Positions 38,596-47,309 of a stretch of 64,000 nucleotides of DNA are shown piece by piece. Source of the stretch: Thermoproteota archaeon (GTDB lineage: Archaea; Korarchaeota; JAOZGF01; JAOZFZ01); assembly GCA_027492035.1 (NCBI GenBank), contig JAOZFT010000032.1:7170-71169 (forward strand), in the 5' to 3' direction. A program made the translations under genes and the position numbers. The notes under the pieces are model-generated. The model was given only the letters and a program-made list of their open reading frames with translations, was not told where the DNA came from and searched no databases. Within the stretch, counting starts at the first letter, position 1, and the number at the start of each line of letters is the position of its first letter.

Positions 38596-39072
38596 TTAAG
38601 TTGCTTCTAATGATTCCTTCACGCATTCAAACATTTTCTTAATCACTTTATCCATGGCTCCTTGGATCATTCCCTTTGCTAATCCCCCAAGTAAGCCACT
38701 TGTTTCTGCAGTTGCTTTCCAAGCAAAGGTTGTAGTGTTTGGTGATTCCTCCTCCAATTTTATCTCTACCTCTGAATTAAATGAACTGTTCACTCCTTTA
38801 CCTTTTAAAGCAAGTCTTGCGAAGTAGTCATCGGGTTTTTCCTCCAAAATTGCCACGTTTATATTGAAGGTTCCCTTAATAAACCCAACTCCAGCCTTGA
38901 CTTTAGCTGTGAAAGATCTTTCTCCTGTCTTTTCGTATTCTTTTAAGCCTGGAACACATTTAACTATTTCATCTGTATTGGAAACAAACTCCCAAACTTT
39001 GTTCCGAGGCGCATTTATTAAGAACTTACCTTCAAACTCCATACGAAAGTCACCCTCTACAGGAAAATTCAA
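38596..39072 (-). CDS. CoxG-like SRPBCC protein (molybdenum-hydroxylase accessory)
   Basis: 158 aa with the CoxG/polyketide-cyclase fold signature (NAPRNKVWEFVSNTDEIVKCVPGL). Confidence 0.7.
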   Translation of the reverse strand: MNFPVEGDFRMEFEGKFLINAPRNKVWEFVSNTDEIVKCVPGLKEYEKTGERSFTAKVKAGVGFIKGTFNINVAILEEKPDDYFARLALKGKGVNSSFNSEVEIKLEEESPNTTTFAWKATAETSGLLGGLAKGMIQGAMDKVIKKMFECVKESLEAT

Positions 39073-39193
39073 ATAGTAAAAGGTTACTTTCGCTTGCTCT
39101 TTTTAAATGTATCCTTCATTTTCTTGCTCTGAAAACTTTCTTAAGGCTTTTTCTAAGTTTTTCTCATGTTTTATATCAAATATAAAATTTAAT

Positions 39194-39207
39194 GAGCCTA
39201 CGTAGGC
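39194..39207. promoter_or_regulatory. 14-bp perfect palindrome AGCCTACGTAGGCT in the intergenic region upstream of the BMP transporter operon
   Basis: Read directly from the sequence; candidate dimeric regulator binding site. Confidence 0.2.
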
Positions 39208-39474
39208 TGCAAATTAATGCTTATCCCTGTCTCTTCTTGAACAAAAGCCAATTCCCTTTGAAATTTATTCAAGTTTATTTATTGGGTTCTTAATAAAATA
39301 GGAAACACATCGGCTGAAAAAAGATAAAGTGAGGTTCTGAAACATTAAAATTTAAATATAAAGTGAAGGATAAGTATGAGTTATTCCCTTACGGAGGCAT
39401 TTCCCGTCCAAAAAAGGGAAAAAATCTATGGAATCACTTAAGAATTTGTTTTTTAAAAATACGAGGGGTAAAAT

Positions 39475-40617
39475 GTGATTGAGAATAAAATAAAGGTTGG
39501 ATCTGCAGTCTTTATCTTTGTATTGGCAATAGTTCTAGCTGGATGCGTTGGTCAACCACCATCTCCAACTCCTACACCTACACCAACAGCAACTCCTACA
39601 CCTACACCAACTGTTTCACCAACAGCAACTCCGACTCCTAAACATCCAGAAATAAAAATTGCTCTCATCTTACCGGGTTCAATAACTGACAGAGGATGGG
39701 ATCAAGATCCTTACGAGGGTTTCATGCAAGCTAAGAAAGATTTCGGAATTACTGCTGAATACACTGAAGGGACAGACATCACAGGTACCGCTGAAGACTA
39801 CCCAAGGATAATAAGAGATTATTGTAGAAGAGGGTTCCAATTAATCATTGCACATGGATTCCAGTACAGAGACGCTGTAAAAGAAGCTGCTAAGGATTAT
39901 CCGAATGTTTGGTTCACTTTCGATGGTTCAGCTGAAGACATAACTAGCAATACTGCTCCGTGGATATCCCTAGGCCATGAACCAGCTTATTTAGCGGGCA
40001 TATTAGCTGCAAAAATGACAAAATCAAAAATTGTAGGCGTCTATAATGGAATGCCTGTACCTATTGAAGTCCCATGCATGGAGGCTTTCAAGGCAGGTGT
40101 ACACTCAGTTGACCCTAATATAAAAATATTGTCAACTTACATAGGTGTTTGGCATGACGTACAGAAGGGGTATGACACTGCTTCCTCAATGATTGATGCA
40201 GGAGCGGATGTAATCTATGGTATCGGAGACGGAATCAATGTCGGAGGCCAGCAGGCATGTAAAGAGAAAGGAGTTTGGTTCATTGGAGGAACAGGTGGTA
40301 TACATCAAGTAGAAGGAGCCCCTGATATAACCTTGGCCTCTGTCTCATGGGGACTCGACAGAGTAATTTATCACTTAGTTAAGATCTTTGTTGAAAACGG
40401 TAAATTAGAACCTAAATTCTACCAATACTCAATGCACACTACTATAACCGAGAAAGGCAAACGCGTAGGACCATACTTTGTCTGGAACATGGATTTAGTA
40501 AATAAAGGAGTTATTCCCAAAGACGTCTACAACCTCATAGAATCAACTAAAGAAGATATAATGAAAGGATTAGTCCAAGTTCCACTTGTCTTCACAGCCC
40601 CTGAGGCGCAGGGCTAA
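39475..40617 (+). CDS. BMP-family (basic membrane protein/PnrA-like) ABC substrate-binding lipoprotein
   Basis: Signal peptide with a lipobox-like LAGC, a Thr/Pro-rich linker (PPSPTPTPTPTATPTPTPTVSPTATPTPK), and a BMP-family periplasmic binding fold. Confidence 0.8.
   Translation: MIENKIKVGSAVFIFVLAIVLAGCVGQPPSPTPTPTPTATPTPTPTVSPTATPTPKHPEIKIALILPGSITDRGWDQDPYEGFMQAKKDFGITAEYTEGTDITGTAEDYPRIIRDYCRRGFQLIIAHGFQYRDAVKEAAKDYPNVWFTFDGSAEDITSNTAPWISLGHEPAYLAGILAAKMTKSKIVGVYNGMPVPIEVPCMEAFKAGVHSVDPNIKILSTYIGVWHDVQKGYDTASSMIDAGADVIYGIGDGINVGGQQACKEKGVWFIGGTGGIHQVEGAPDITLASVSWGLDRVIYHLVKIFVENGKLEPKFYQYSMHTTITEKGKRVGPYFVWNMDLVNKGVIPKDVYNLIESTKEDIMKGLVQVPLVFTAPEAQG
39554..39654 (+). repeat. Thr/Pro-rich low-complexity linker repeat inside the BMP lipoprotein gene
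   Basis: Repeated ACNCCN codons (cctacaccaaca...) encoding a TPTPTP tether. Confidence 0.6.
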
Positions 40618-40672
40618 CCCCTTCCCCTTTTTTCTTTATTTTTTAAATATAACGCAATGGAGGTCTTTTGCT

Positions 40673-41731
40673 GTGTACTTGGGAGGTGGACAGCGTTACA
40701 TACTCTGGAGAGTTATTTCGGTCATAATTTCACTTGCCATAGCTTTAGGTATAGCTTCCATTTTTATTGTAGCAGTGGGTGCTAACCCTTTAGTTGCTTT
40801 TTATGCTATATATGATGGCTCATTAAGCAATCCAGAAGGTATTTCTGAAACCTTAATTAAAGCAACTCCTTTAATTTTTACTTCTTTAGCTTGTGCGGTG
40901 GCTTTTAAGTCTAACATGTTGAACATAGGTGCTGAAGGACAAATGTATATAGGACAAGCAGTAGCTGCAGTTGCAGCCTTAACAATGCCTTTAAATTTAC
41001 CTATTTACCTTTTTATTCCCTATCTTATAGCAGTAAGTTTTATTGGCGGCGCAGCATGGGCAGCTATACCAGGATATTTAAAGTTGAAATTTGGGATAAG
41101 TGAAGTAGTAACTACTATGTTAATGAACTGGATCCCTATTTATTTAGTGGATTACTTGGTTTTTGGCCCGTTTTATGAAACAGAGCATATTCATCCTCAA
41201 ACAAATCCTATCCCTGAGGCAGCTAGGCTTCCGAGGCTTTTTCCAAGGTACAGAGTTCACGCAGGCATTTTCATAGCTGTAGCTACGGCTGTTATTCTTT
41301 ATTTCTTTTTGTGGAAGACTCATAAAGGGTTTGAGTTTAGAGCTACTGGAGCTAGTGTAACTGGGGCCAGGGCCATGGGTATTAACGTGAATAAGAGGCT
41401 GATGCAAGCTATGATAATAAGTGGGGGAATTGCTGGTTTAGCAGGTTTCTCAATTGTTTCAGGCACTTACCATAAGCTCAAACTTGGAACTACAGCCATC
41501 CTCGGACATGGTTATGCAGGTATACTAGTAGCCTTAGTAGCCAATAATCACCCCTTAGGAACCGCTGTTGCAGCGTTTATTTTTGCAGTCCTAATCATTG
41601 GCTCTGAAACCATGCAACGTGCAGCAGGAGTTCCTTTCCCGGTAATAAACATAGTAGAAGCGTTGCTAGTTTTAGCTGTTTTGTTAAGTGGGAGAATGTT
41701 TGAGTACTTGTCAAAGAAGGTGAAACTTTGA
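40673..41731 (+). CDS. ABC transporter permease (BMP/nucleoside-type), subunit 1
   Basis: Polytopic permease. The longest ORF starts at TTG 40586, inside the upstream gene. GTG 40673 is preceded by GGAGG and is the more plausible start. Confidence 0.75.
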   Translation: MYLGGGQRYILWRVISVIISLAIALGIASIFIVAVGANPLVAFYAIYDGSLSNPEGISETLIKATPLIFTSLACAVAFKSNMLNIGAEGQMYIGQAVAAVAALTMPLNLPIYLFIPYLIAVSFIGGAAWAAIPGYLKLKFGISEVVTTMLMNWIPIYLVDYLVFGPFYETEHIHPQTNPIPEAARLPRLFPRYRVHAGIFIAVATAVILYFFLWKTHKGFEFRATGASVTGARAMGINVNKRLMQAMIISGGIAGLAGFSIVSGTYHKLKLGTTAILGHGYAGILVALVANNHPLGTAVAAFIFAVLIIGSETMQRAAGVPFPVINIVEALLVLAVLLSGRMFEYLSKKVKL

Positions 41732-41732
41732 A

Positions 41733-42695
41733 ATGTTTCCATTAAGTGAAACAATTGCTAGTATAGTTGGGAGAGGAATAATGTTCGGTGCAGCTTTACT
41801 GCTAGCTTCCCTGGGAGAAATATTTGCCCAAAAATCAGGTTTCATGAATTTAGCCATGGAAGGATTAATGACGCTTGCAGCCTCCGTCTCTTACCAAGTT
41901 ATGTTTTTAACAGGTAATCCAGCTTTAGCTCTTGCAGCAGCAATGGCTAGCAGTATGGCCGTCTCGTTCATAAGTGTTTATCTCAACCAAAGATTTTACC
42001 TTGACCAAGTAGTTGCAGGCATGGCACTCTACATCTTCTCTTTCGGCCTAGGTGTTTATATCCATAGGGTTGTTTCTGGAGGAGTTACAGGCGTAAAATT
42101 TATTGAAGTACTTAAACCTATAAATATACCCTTACTATCTAATATTCCAATCCTAGGACCTATTCTTTTCAAACAAAACGTACTAGTCTACACGGCAATT
42201 ATTTTGTCTTTTATTGCTTACATAGTTTTATTCAGGACCAGTTGGGGCTTAACAGTTAGGGCGGTTGGGGAGAACCCTAAGGCTGCTGACAATGCCGGTA
42301 TAAACGTTTATAGGACAAGGTACTTAGCGACTCTACTTAGCGGGGCTGGTGCAGGTTTAGGTGGGGCATACATTGTCTTAGCAGTGCTAGGCAATTTCCA
42401 AGAACTTGTAGTTAGCGGAAGAGGATGGATAACCATTGCAATGGTTATTTTTTCGCAATGGAACCCCCTTTACGCAATAATAGGTTCCTTCTTTTTTGGT
42501 ACCATGGAGTCGGTGGCGAAATTCATGGAAATAACTAGAGAAATATCTATTACCGGAGGTATACCCTACCAGTTTTTCTGGATGATACCTTACATAGCCA
42601 GTATTTTAGCTTTAGTGGTAGCCTTTAAGAAAGCAGCTCTACCCTCTGCTTTGTTTAAAGTTTATAAAAGAGAAGAAGCTATAAGTGAAGTATAG
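41733..42695 (+). CDS. ABC transporter permease (BMP/nucleoside-type), subunit 2
   Basis: 320-aa polytopic permease immediately after permease 1. Confidence 0.75.
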   Translation: MFPLSETIASIVGRGIMFGAALLLASLGEIFAQKSGFMNLAMEGLMTLAASVSYQVMFLTGNPALALAAAMASSMAVSFISVYLNQRFYLDQVVAGMALYIFSFGLGVYIHRVVSGGVTGVKFIEVLKPINIPLLSNIPILGPILFKQNVLVYTAIILSFIAYIVLFRTSWGLTVRAVGENPKAADNAGINVYRTRYLATLLSGAGAGLGGAYIVLAVLGNFQELVVSGRGWITIAMVIFSQWNPLYAIIGSFFFGTMESVAKFMEITREISITGGIPYQFFWMIPYIASILALVVAFKKAALPSALFKVYKREEAISEV

Positions 42696-42813
42696 GATCC
42701 TCAGAGAGGCGATATTGAAATGGTTCCTTTTTTCTTCGGTACCTTTATTAATTGGAAAAAGGTTAAGTGTATTTTTGGTTTTTCGAAAATTTCAATATGT
42801 AAAAAATTTTTTG

Positions 42814-44418
42814 ATGGGGGAGCCATTAATGGGAAAACAATACACAAAGGGAGAAATCAGGGAAAAATTGACTAAATTAGAGATAGGAACCACCGTTCTG
42901 GAAATGAAAAACATAACTAAAACATTTCCAGGTGTTGTAGCGGATGACCATGTTAATTTCGAATTGAAGAAAGGTGAAATTCATGGCTTACTTGGGGAAA
43001 ATGGAGCAGGTAAAACAGTTCTTATGAGTGTTTTATATGGTCTCTACAAGCCTGATGAAGGCGAGATATGGTTAGCCGGTGAAAAAGTTGACATAAAATC
43101 CCCTAAAGACGCTATAGAGCTGGGTATTTCAATGGTTCATCAAAGGTTTGCGTTAGTTAAAAACATTACTGCTTTAGAGAACATAATTCTTGGAACTCAA
43201 TCCTCCAAGAAATTCTTTCTTGATGAGAAAGAGGCCGAGGAAAAAGTAAAGAAACTTTCAGAAAAATTCGGGTTGGAAGTGAAACTAAACTCTTTAGTAA
43301 TGGATTTATCAATGGGTGAAAGGCAGAAAGTTGAAATTTTAAAAGCTCTCTACCGTGGCTCAAACATTTTAATACTTGATGAACCCACAACCATGATTAC
43401 CCCTCAAGAAATCGATTCATTATTTGAAACATTAAGGAAAATGGTTAAGGAAGGGCTATCCATCGTGTTTATCTCCCACAAAATACCTGTTGTCCTAAGA
43501 GTAACTGACAGAATAACTATTTTAAGAAACGGGAGAGTGATAACTACTGTAAAAACAAGTGAAACAAATGAAAGGGACCTAGCAGTGAAAATGGTTGGGA
43601 GGGAAGTTCTTTACAGGCTTCCAAAAGTTAAAAGAGAAAGAGGTGAAAGAATTTTGCACATAGAAAATCTTTGGGCCCCTGGCGAAGAGGAAGGAGTTCC
43701 TGTTCTAAAAAGCATTTCCTTCTCCGTCCATAAAGGTGAAATTCTAGGAATAGCGGGAGTAGCAGGTAACGGGCAGAAAGAACTGGTTGAGTGTATCTTG
43801 GGGCTTAGGAAAGTAAGTAAAGGGAAAATTTTCCTAAACGGGAAAGATTACACTAACAAATTTACAAGAGAAATATATGAAGCAGGAGTTGCTTGGATAC
43901 CTGACGAAAAAGACAGGGGAGCAATTCTTGGTTTATCAGTTGCTGAAAATTTAGTTATGAAAAAATTCTATAAACCACCCTTCTCTAAAGGATTAATGTA
44001 TAATGAAAAGGAATCCTTAAGCTTCGCTGAAAAAATTGTAAAGGAGTACGGTGTCAAAACAGCGGGAGTTAAGGCTCCAGTTAGAACACTTTCAGGGGGG
44101 AACATCCAAAGATTAATTCTAGCACGTGAATTTTCAGCAAACCCTAAACTATTGATAGCTTTCAACCCAACCCAAGGCTTAGATGTCAACGCTACGGAAT
44201 TCACTAGAAGAAAAATACTTGAATTGAGGGAAAAGGGATCAGGGGTGCTTCTTGTTTCAATGGACCTGGACGAAGTTATGATGTTAAGTGACAGAATAGC
44301 GGTAATGTATAAGGGGGAGATAGTAGGTATAATTGATGCAGCTAAAGCTGAAAGATACGAATTAGGTTTAATGATGGCTGGATCCAAACGTTTAGAATCA
44401 AGCAACTGGGCCAGCTAA
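42814..44418 (+). CDS. ABC transporter ATPase with duplicated nucleotide-binding domains
   Basis: Two Walker A sites (GENGAGKTV and GVAGNGQKE) and two ABC signatures (LSMGERQK; LSGGNIQR). I chose the ATG at 42814 rather than the overlapping longest ORF. Confidence 0.8.
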   Translation: MGEPLMGKQYTKGEIREKLTKLEIGTTVLEMKNITKTFPGVVADDHVNFELKKGEIHGLLGENGAGKTVLMSVLYGLYKPDEGEIWLAGEKVDIKSPKDAIELGISMVHQRFALVKNITALENIILGTQSSKKFFLDEKEAEEKVKKLSEKFGLEVKLNSLVMDLSMGERQKVEILKALYRGSNILILDEPTTMITPQEIDSLFETLRKMVKEGLSIVFISHKIPVVLRVTDRITILRNGRVITTVKTSETNERDLAVKMVGREVLYRLPKVKRERGERILHIENLWAPGEEEGVPVLKSISFSVHKGEILGIAGVAGNGQKELVECILGLRKVSKGKIFLNGKDYTNKFTREIYEAGVAWIPDEKDRGAILGLSVAENLVMKKFYKPPFSKGLMYNEKESLSFAEKIVKEYGVKTAGVKAPVRTLSGGNIQRLILAREFSANPKLLIAFNPTQGLDVNATEFTRRKILELREKGSGVLLVSMDLDEVMMLSDRIAVMYKGEIVGIIDAAKAERYELGLMMAGSKRLESSNWAS

Positions 44419-44540
44419 TTAAAACAACCAAGTCTTTCACAGCTTCAAAAGAAGTTTAACATAAGCCCCCTTTAAATAACTCATTTTAAAAAGTTTAATT
44501 TGTCGTAGAGATAGTTTAGGAAGGTTACAGCTGGTGGAAA

Positions 44541-46241
44541 ATGAAATATTCCCTAGTTTTAACAATTTACTTGCCTTTACTCTTGATTTTTCTGTTTTCT
44601 TTCACTTCTAACATCCGCTGCTTAAACTCCTATGACCTTAACCCTCAGAACCCTTTAGAAGCTAAGAGTGACAAATGTTTCTCTTTAACTCTCCCACTTC
44701 AAGGTTCACGGTTTCAGAAGGGGACAAGTCTAAACCATAACCTATCAAGTAACTTAACTCCCCAAATCCAGTTAGAAGTTTTACCTCATTACCAAACAGC
44801 CAGATTTAAGAGTTTTGTGTCTTATCTCCTCCTTATTAAAGTAATTAATGTGACCAAAAATGTAACTATACATCTTAAAGTAAGTGGTTTACCTTTTGAA
44901 ATGAATCCCACCTTTGGAGAAACACGTTACTTGTCAAAGAATTCTGCAACTGTTGAATTGTTGCTCTACTCAGGTAAAAAGGAAGGAGTTTACTCCTTCA
45001 ACGTTACGGCTTCAGCTCCTAACACAAGTAAGGGCTTCTGTAATGTTCAATTGCGGGTAGTTAATATAGAAAAAGACTTTTCTCTTCCCCTAAATAGATA
45101 CAATGCTAAGGTAGTGCCTGGAGGCAATCTCATCTTTTCAGTTTATATAAATCCTATAAATGGATATAATAGACTTGTCGCTTTAAGCTGTCCAAATTTA
45201 CCTGAAGGGTTTAAAATAAAATTCACGCCTTCAAAGGCGTATCCGTCTTACAATGTCCAAATTAATTTATCAATACCCGAAAATGTTAAGCCTCAGGAAA
45301 AGATTTTTGTTATAGAGGGTGAAGACAACCAAGGGTTGCATCATGCCTCAATTTTCAGGTTAGGAATTCTTGAACCTGGTTCAATAGATTTCAAACTGAA
45401 AATCAAACCAGAGAAAGGAAGTGTTCTCCAAGGTGGGAAAATATATTTTAAAGTCGAAGTAATCAATTTGACACAGGAAAAAGATAAAGTTTTTCTTTTT
45501 GTTAAAGGCATCCCAAACGACACCTTGTACGGGTTTGGGGAAGATGAACTTGAACCTCCGGGTGAATCAGATCTTGTTATTCAAGCAGGAAACATAACAG
45601 GTACTTACCTTTTCACAGTCTATGGTGTGGGGGGAGGTTTAAAAAGAATAACTCATGCAACCCTTACAATCAAAAAGAAAGAATGCTTTATAGCTACAGC
45701 CACTTTTAATTCAGAAGTTTCAGATGAAGTCAATACTTTAAGAAAATTCAGAGACAGCCTGATACTTAAAACCTACACTGGAACCCTGTTTTACAAAGTG
45801 TTTGATGAAATTTATTACGCATTCAGTCCACAAATAGCTGAACAGGAGAAGGTTAATCCCTCTCTCCAACTCTTTTTCAAATTCACACTTTATCCATTAA
45901 TCTACACCCTGAAACTAGCAACTTTTGTCTCTGAACCACTTTCTTACATAAACTTGGAAGCAGCCGCCTTAACAGCGGGGGCAATAGCCTCTTTTTTGCT
46001 AGGCTTCATTTATATAAGCCCCCTTATCTTCATCGTTTCTAAAATGGTTGGGGGAAAAGTTAAGTTCTGGGAAGAAATAAAAGTCTTTTTACTCCTTTTC
46101 TTAATCTCTTCTATGTCAATAATGGTAGGGGTTATCTTTAGGGAAAACAATTTAACAACATTCTTCATCTTCAGTTACATCATGTCCTTCCTTTACTTAG
46201 GTACCGTATCTGCTCTAAACTTTCTAAATAAGTTCTTTTAA
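44541..46241 (+). CDS. Secreted/membrane-anchored protein with a C-terminal CFIATAT...LRKFRD module plus TM tail
   Basis: N-terminal signal/TM; the motif KKECFIATATFNSEVSDEVNTLRKFRDSLIL at 45675-45764 is followed by about 160 aa with 3-4 TM helices. Confidence 0.6.
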   Translation: MKYSLVLTIYLPLLLIFLFSFTSNIRCLNSYDLNPQNPLEAKSDKCFSLTLPLQGSRFQKGTSLNHNLSSNLTPQIQLEVLPHYQTARFKSFVSYLLLIKVINVTKNVTIHLKVSGLPFEMNPTFGETRYLSKNSATVELLLYSGKKEGVYSFNVTASAPNTSKGFCNVQLRVVNIEKDFSLPLNRYNAKVVPGGNLIFSVYINPINGYNRLVALSCPNLPEGFKIKFTPSKAYPSYNVQINLSIPENVKPQEKIFVIEGEDNQGLHHASIFRLGILEPGSIDFKLKIKPEKGSVLQGGKIYFKVEVINLTQEKDKVFLFVKGIPNDTLYGFGEDELEPPGESDLVIQAGNITGTYLFTVYGVGGGLKRITHATLTIKKKECFIATATFNSEVSDEVNTLRKFRDSLILKTYTGTLFYKVFDEIYYAFSPQIAEQEKVNPSLQLFFKFTLYPLIYTLKLATFVSEPLSYINLEAAALTAGAIASFLLGFIYISPLIFIVSKMVGGKVKFWEEIKVFLLLFLISSMSIMVGVIFRENNLTTFFIFSYIMSFLYLGTVSALNFLNKFF

Positions 46242-46317
46242 CTAGCCATTTTAAAATAAAGGTTCTCTTAATGGTTAAAAGGAAATTATGCAAGAAGTTA
46301 AATAGGAGGGCCTAAGA

Positions 46318-47244
46318 TTGATTCACTCTCTCAGAAATGGAACGTTGAAACTTATTGAATTAAGGCCAGAAATCCCTGGCTTCAAAAAATTTATAGGTTC
46401 ATGGGTTTGGACTGAGGAAAAGGAAAAGTTTTTAGTGGATGTAGGGCCCAGTTCAACAGTTCCTCTCCTTCTTGAGTCATTAAAGAAATTAAAAATTAAC
46501 AAACTGGATTATGTTTTTCTCACCCACATTCATATAGATCATGCTGGAGGCTTGGGAGAATTTGTTAAACACTTCCCTGAAACAAAAATCTTCTGTTATG
46601 AAAAAGCAGTTAAACACTTACTGAAACCTTCAAAGCTATGGGAGGCCAGCAAAAAAGTTTTGGGGGATTTAGCAATCAAATACGGGGAAATACTCCCTGT
46701 TCCTAAAGAAAACTTTATTAAAAGGGAAGAAATTGAAATAGAAGGGTTCAAAGTAATTAATACACCAGGCCACTCTTCCCATCATGTAAGTTTCCTTTAC
46801 AAAAATTATCTTTTTGTTGGAGAGGCAGCTGGAGTTTTTCAATCACTAAACAATGAATTTTACCTAAGACCTGTTACACCTCCGAAATTCTTTTTCGAAA
46901 CATACCTGAACAGTTTAGAAAAACTTTTAAACTTAGTAAGTACAGAAAAAATCTGTTATGGTCATTTCGGAATCTATGTAAATGCGAAAAAAATGCTAAG
47001 AACCCATAAAAAACAACTTCTACTTTGGGGAAAGGTTATAAAAGAAGAAATTGAAACCGCTACTGAAACGAATTCAGAAGATGTAATAGATAAATGCCTC
47101 AGAATCTTGCTGGAAAAAGATCAACTGTTGAAACTGGATAAATTAGAAAAAGATATCCAGCAAAGAGAAAAAGAATTCCTTAGAAACAGTATAAAAGGAT
47201 ATTTAAGGTATTTCAAGCAAAGAAAAAGACTAACAAACCTGTAA
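46318..47244 (+). CDS. Metallo-beta-lactamase-fold hydrolase
   Basis: HIHIDHAGG (HxHxDH) and a downstream GHSSHH motif. Confidence 0.7.
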   Translation: MIHSLRNGTLKLIELRPEIPGFKKFIGSWVWTEEKEKFLVDVGPSSTVPLLLESLKKLKINKLDYVFLTHIHIDHAGGLGEFVKHFPETKIFCYEKAVKHLLKPSKLWEASKKVLGDLAIKYGEILPVPKENFIKREEIEIEGFKVINTPGHSSHHVSFLYKNYLFVGEAAGVFQSLNNEFYLRPVTPPKFFFETYLNSLEKLLNLVSTEKICYGHFGIYVNAKKMLRTHKKQLLLWGKVIKEEIETATETNSEDVIDKCLRILLEKDQLLKLDKLEKDIQQREKEFLRNSIKGYLRYFKQRKRLTNL

Positions 47245-47309
47245 CTCTCTTCCCTGTACCCTTTCACTCTCAACAATCCCTACTGAAAAACTTCTCCAAA
47301 GATTTTTGT

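Noticed and set aside
39554-39654. Tandem nucleotide repeat (cctacaccaaca-like units) that could be mistaken for a mobile or CRISPR-like repeat
   Set aside because: It is in-frame coding sequence for a Thr/Pro linker of the BMP lipoprotein, a common tether in archaeal surface-anchored binding proteins.
40586-40672. Longest-ORF start (TTG 40586) of the first ABC permease, overlapping the SBP gene by 32 nt
   Set aside because: The N-terminal 29 aa (MSSQPLRRRANPFPF...) are hydrophilic and proline-rich, and they overlap the upstream stop. A GTG at 40673 with a GGAGG 11 nt upstream gives a typical permease N-terminus.
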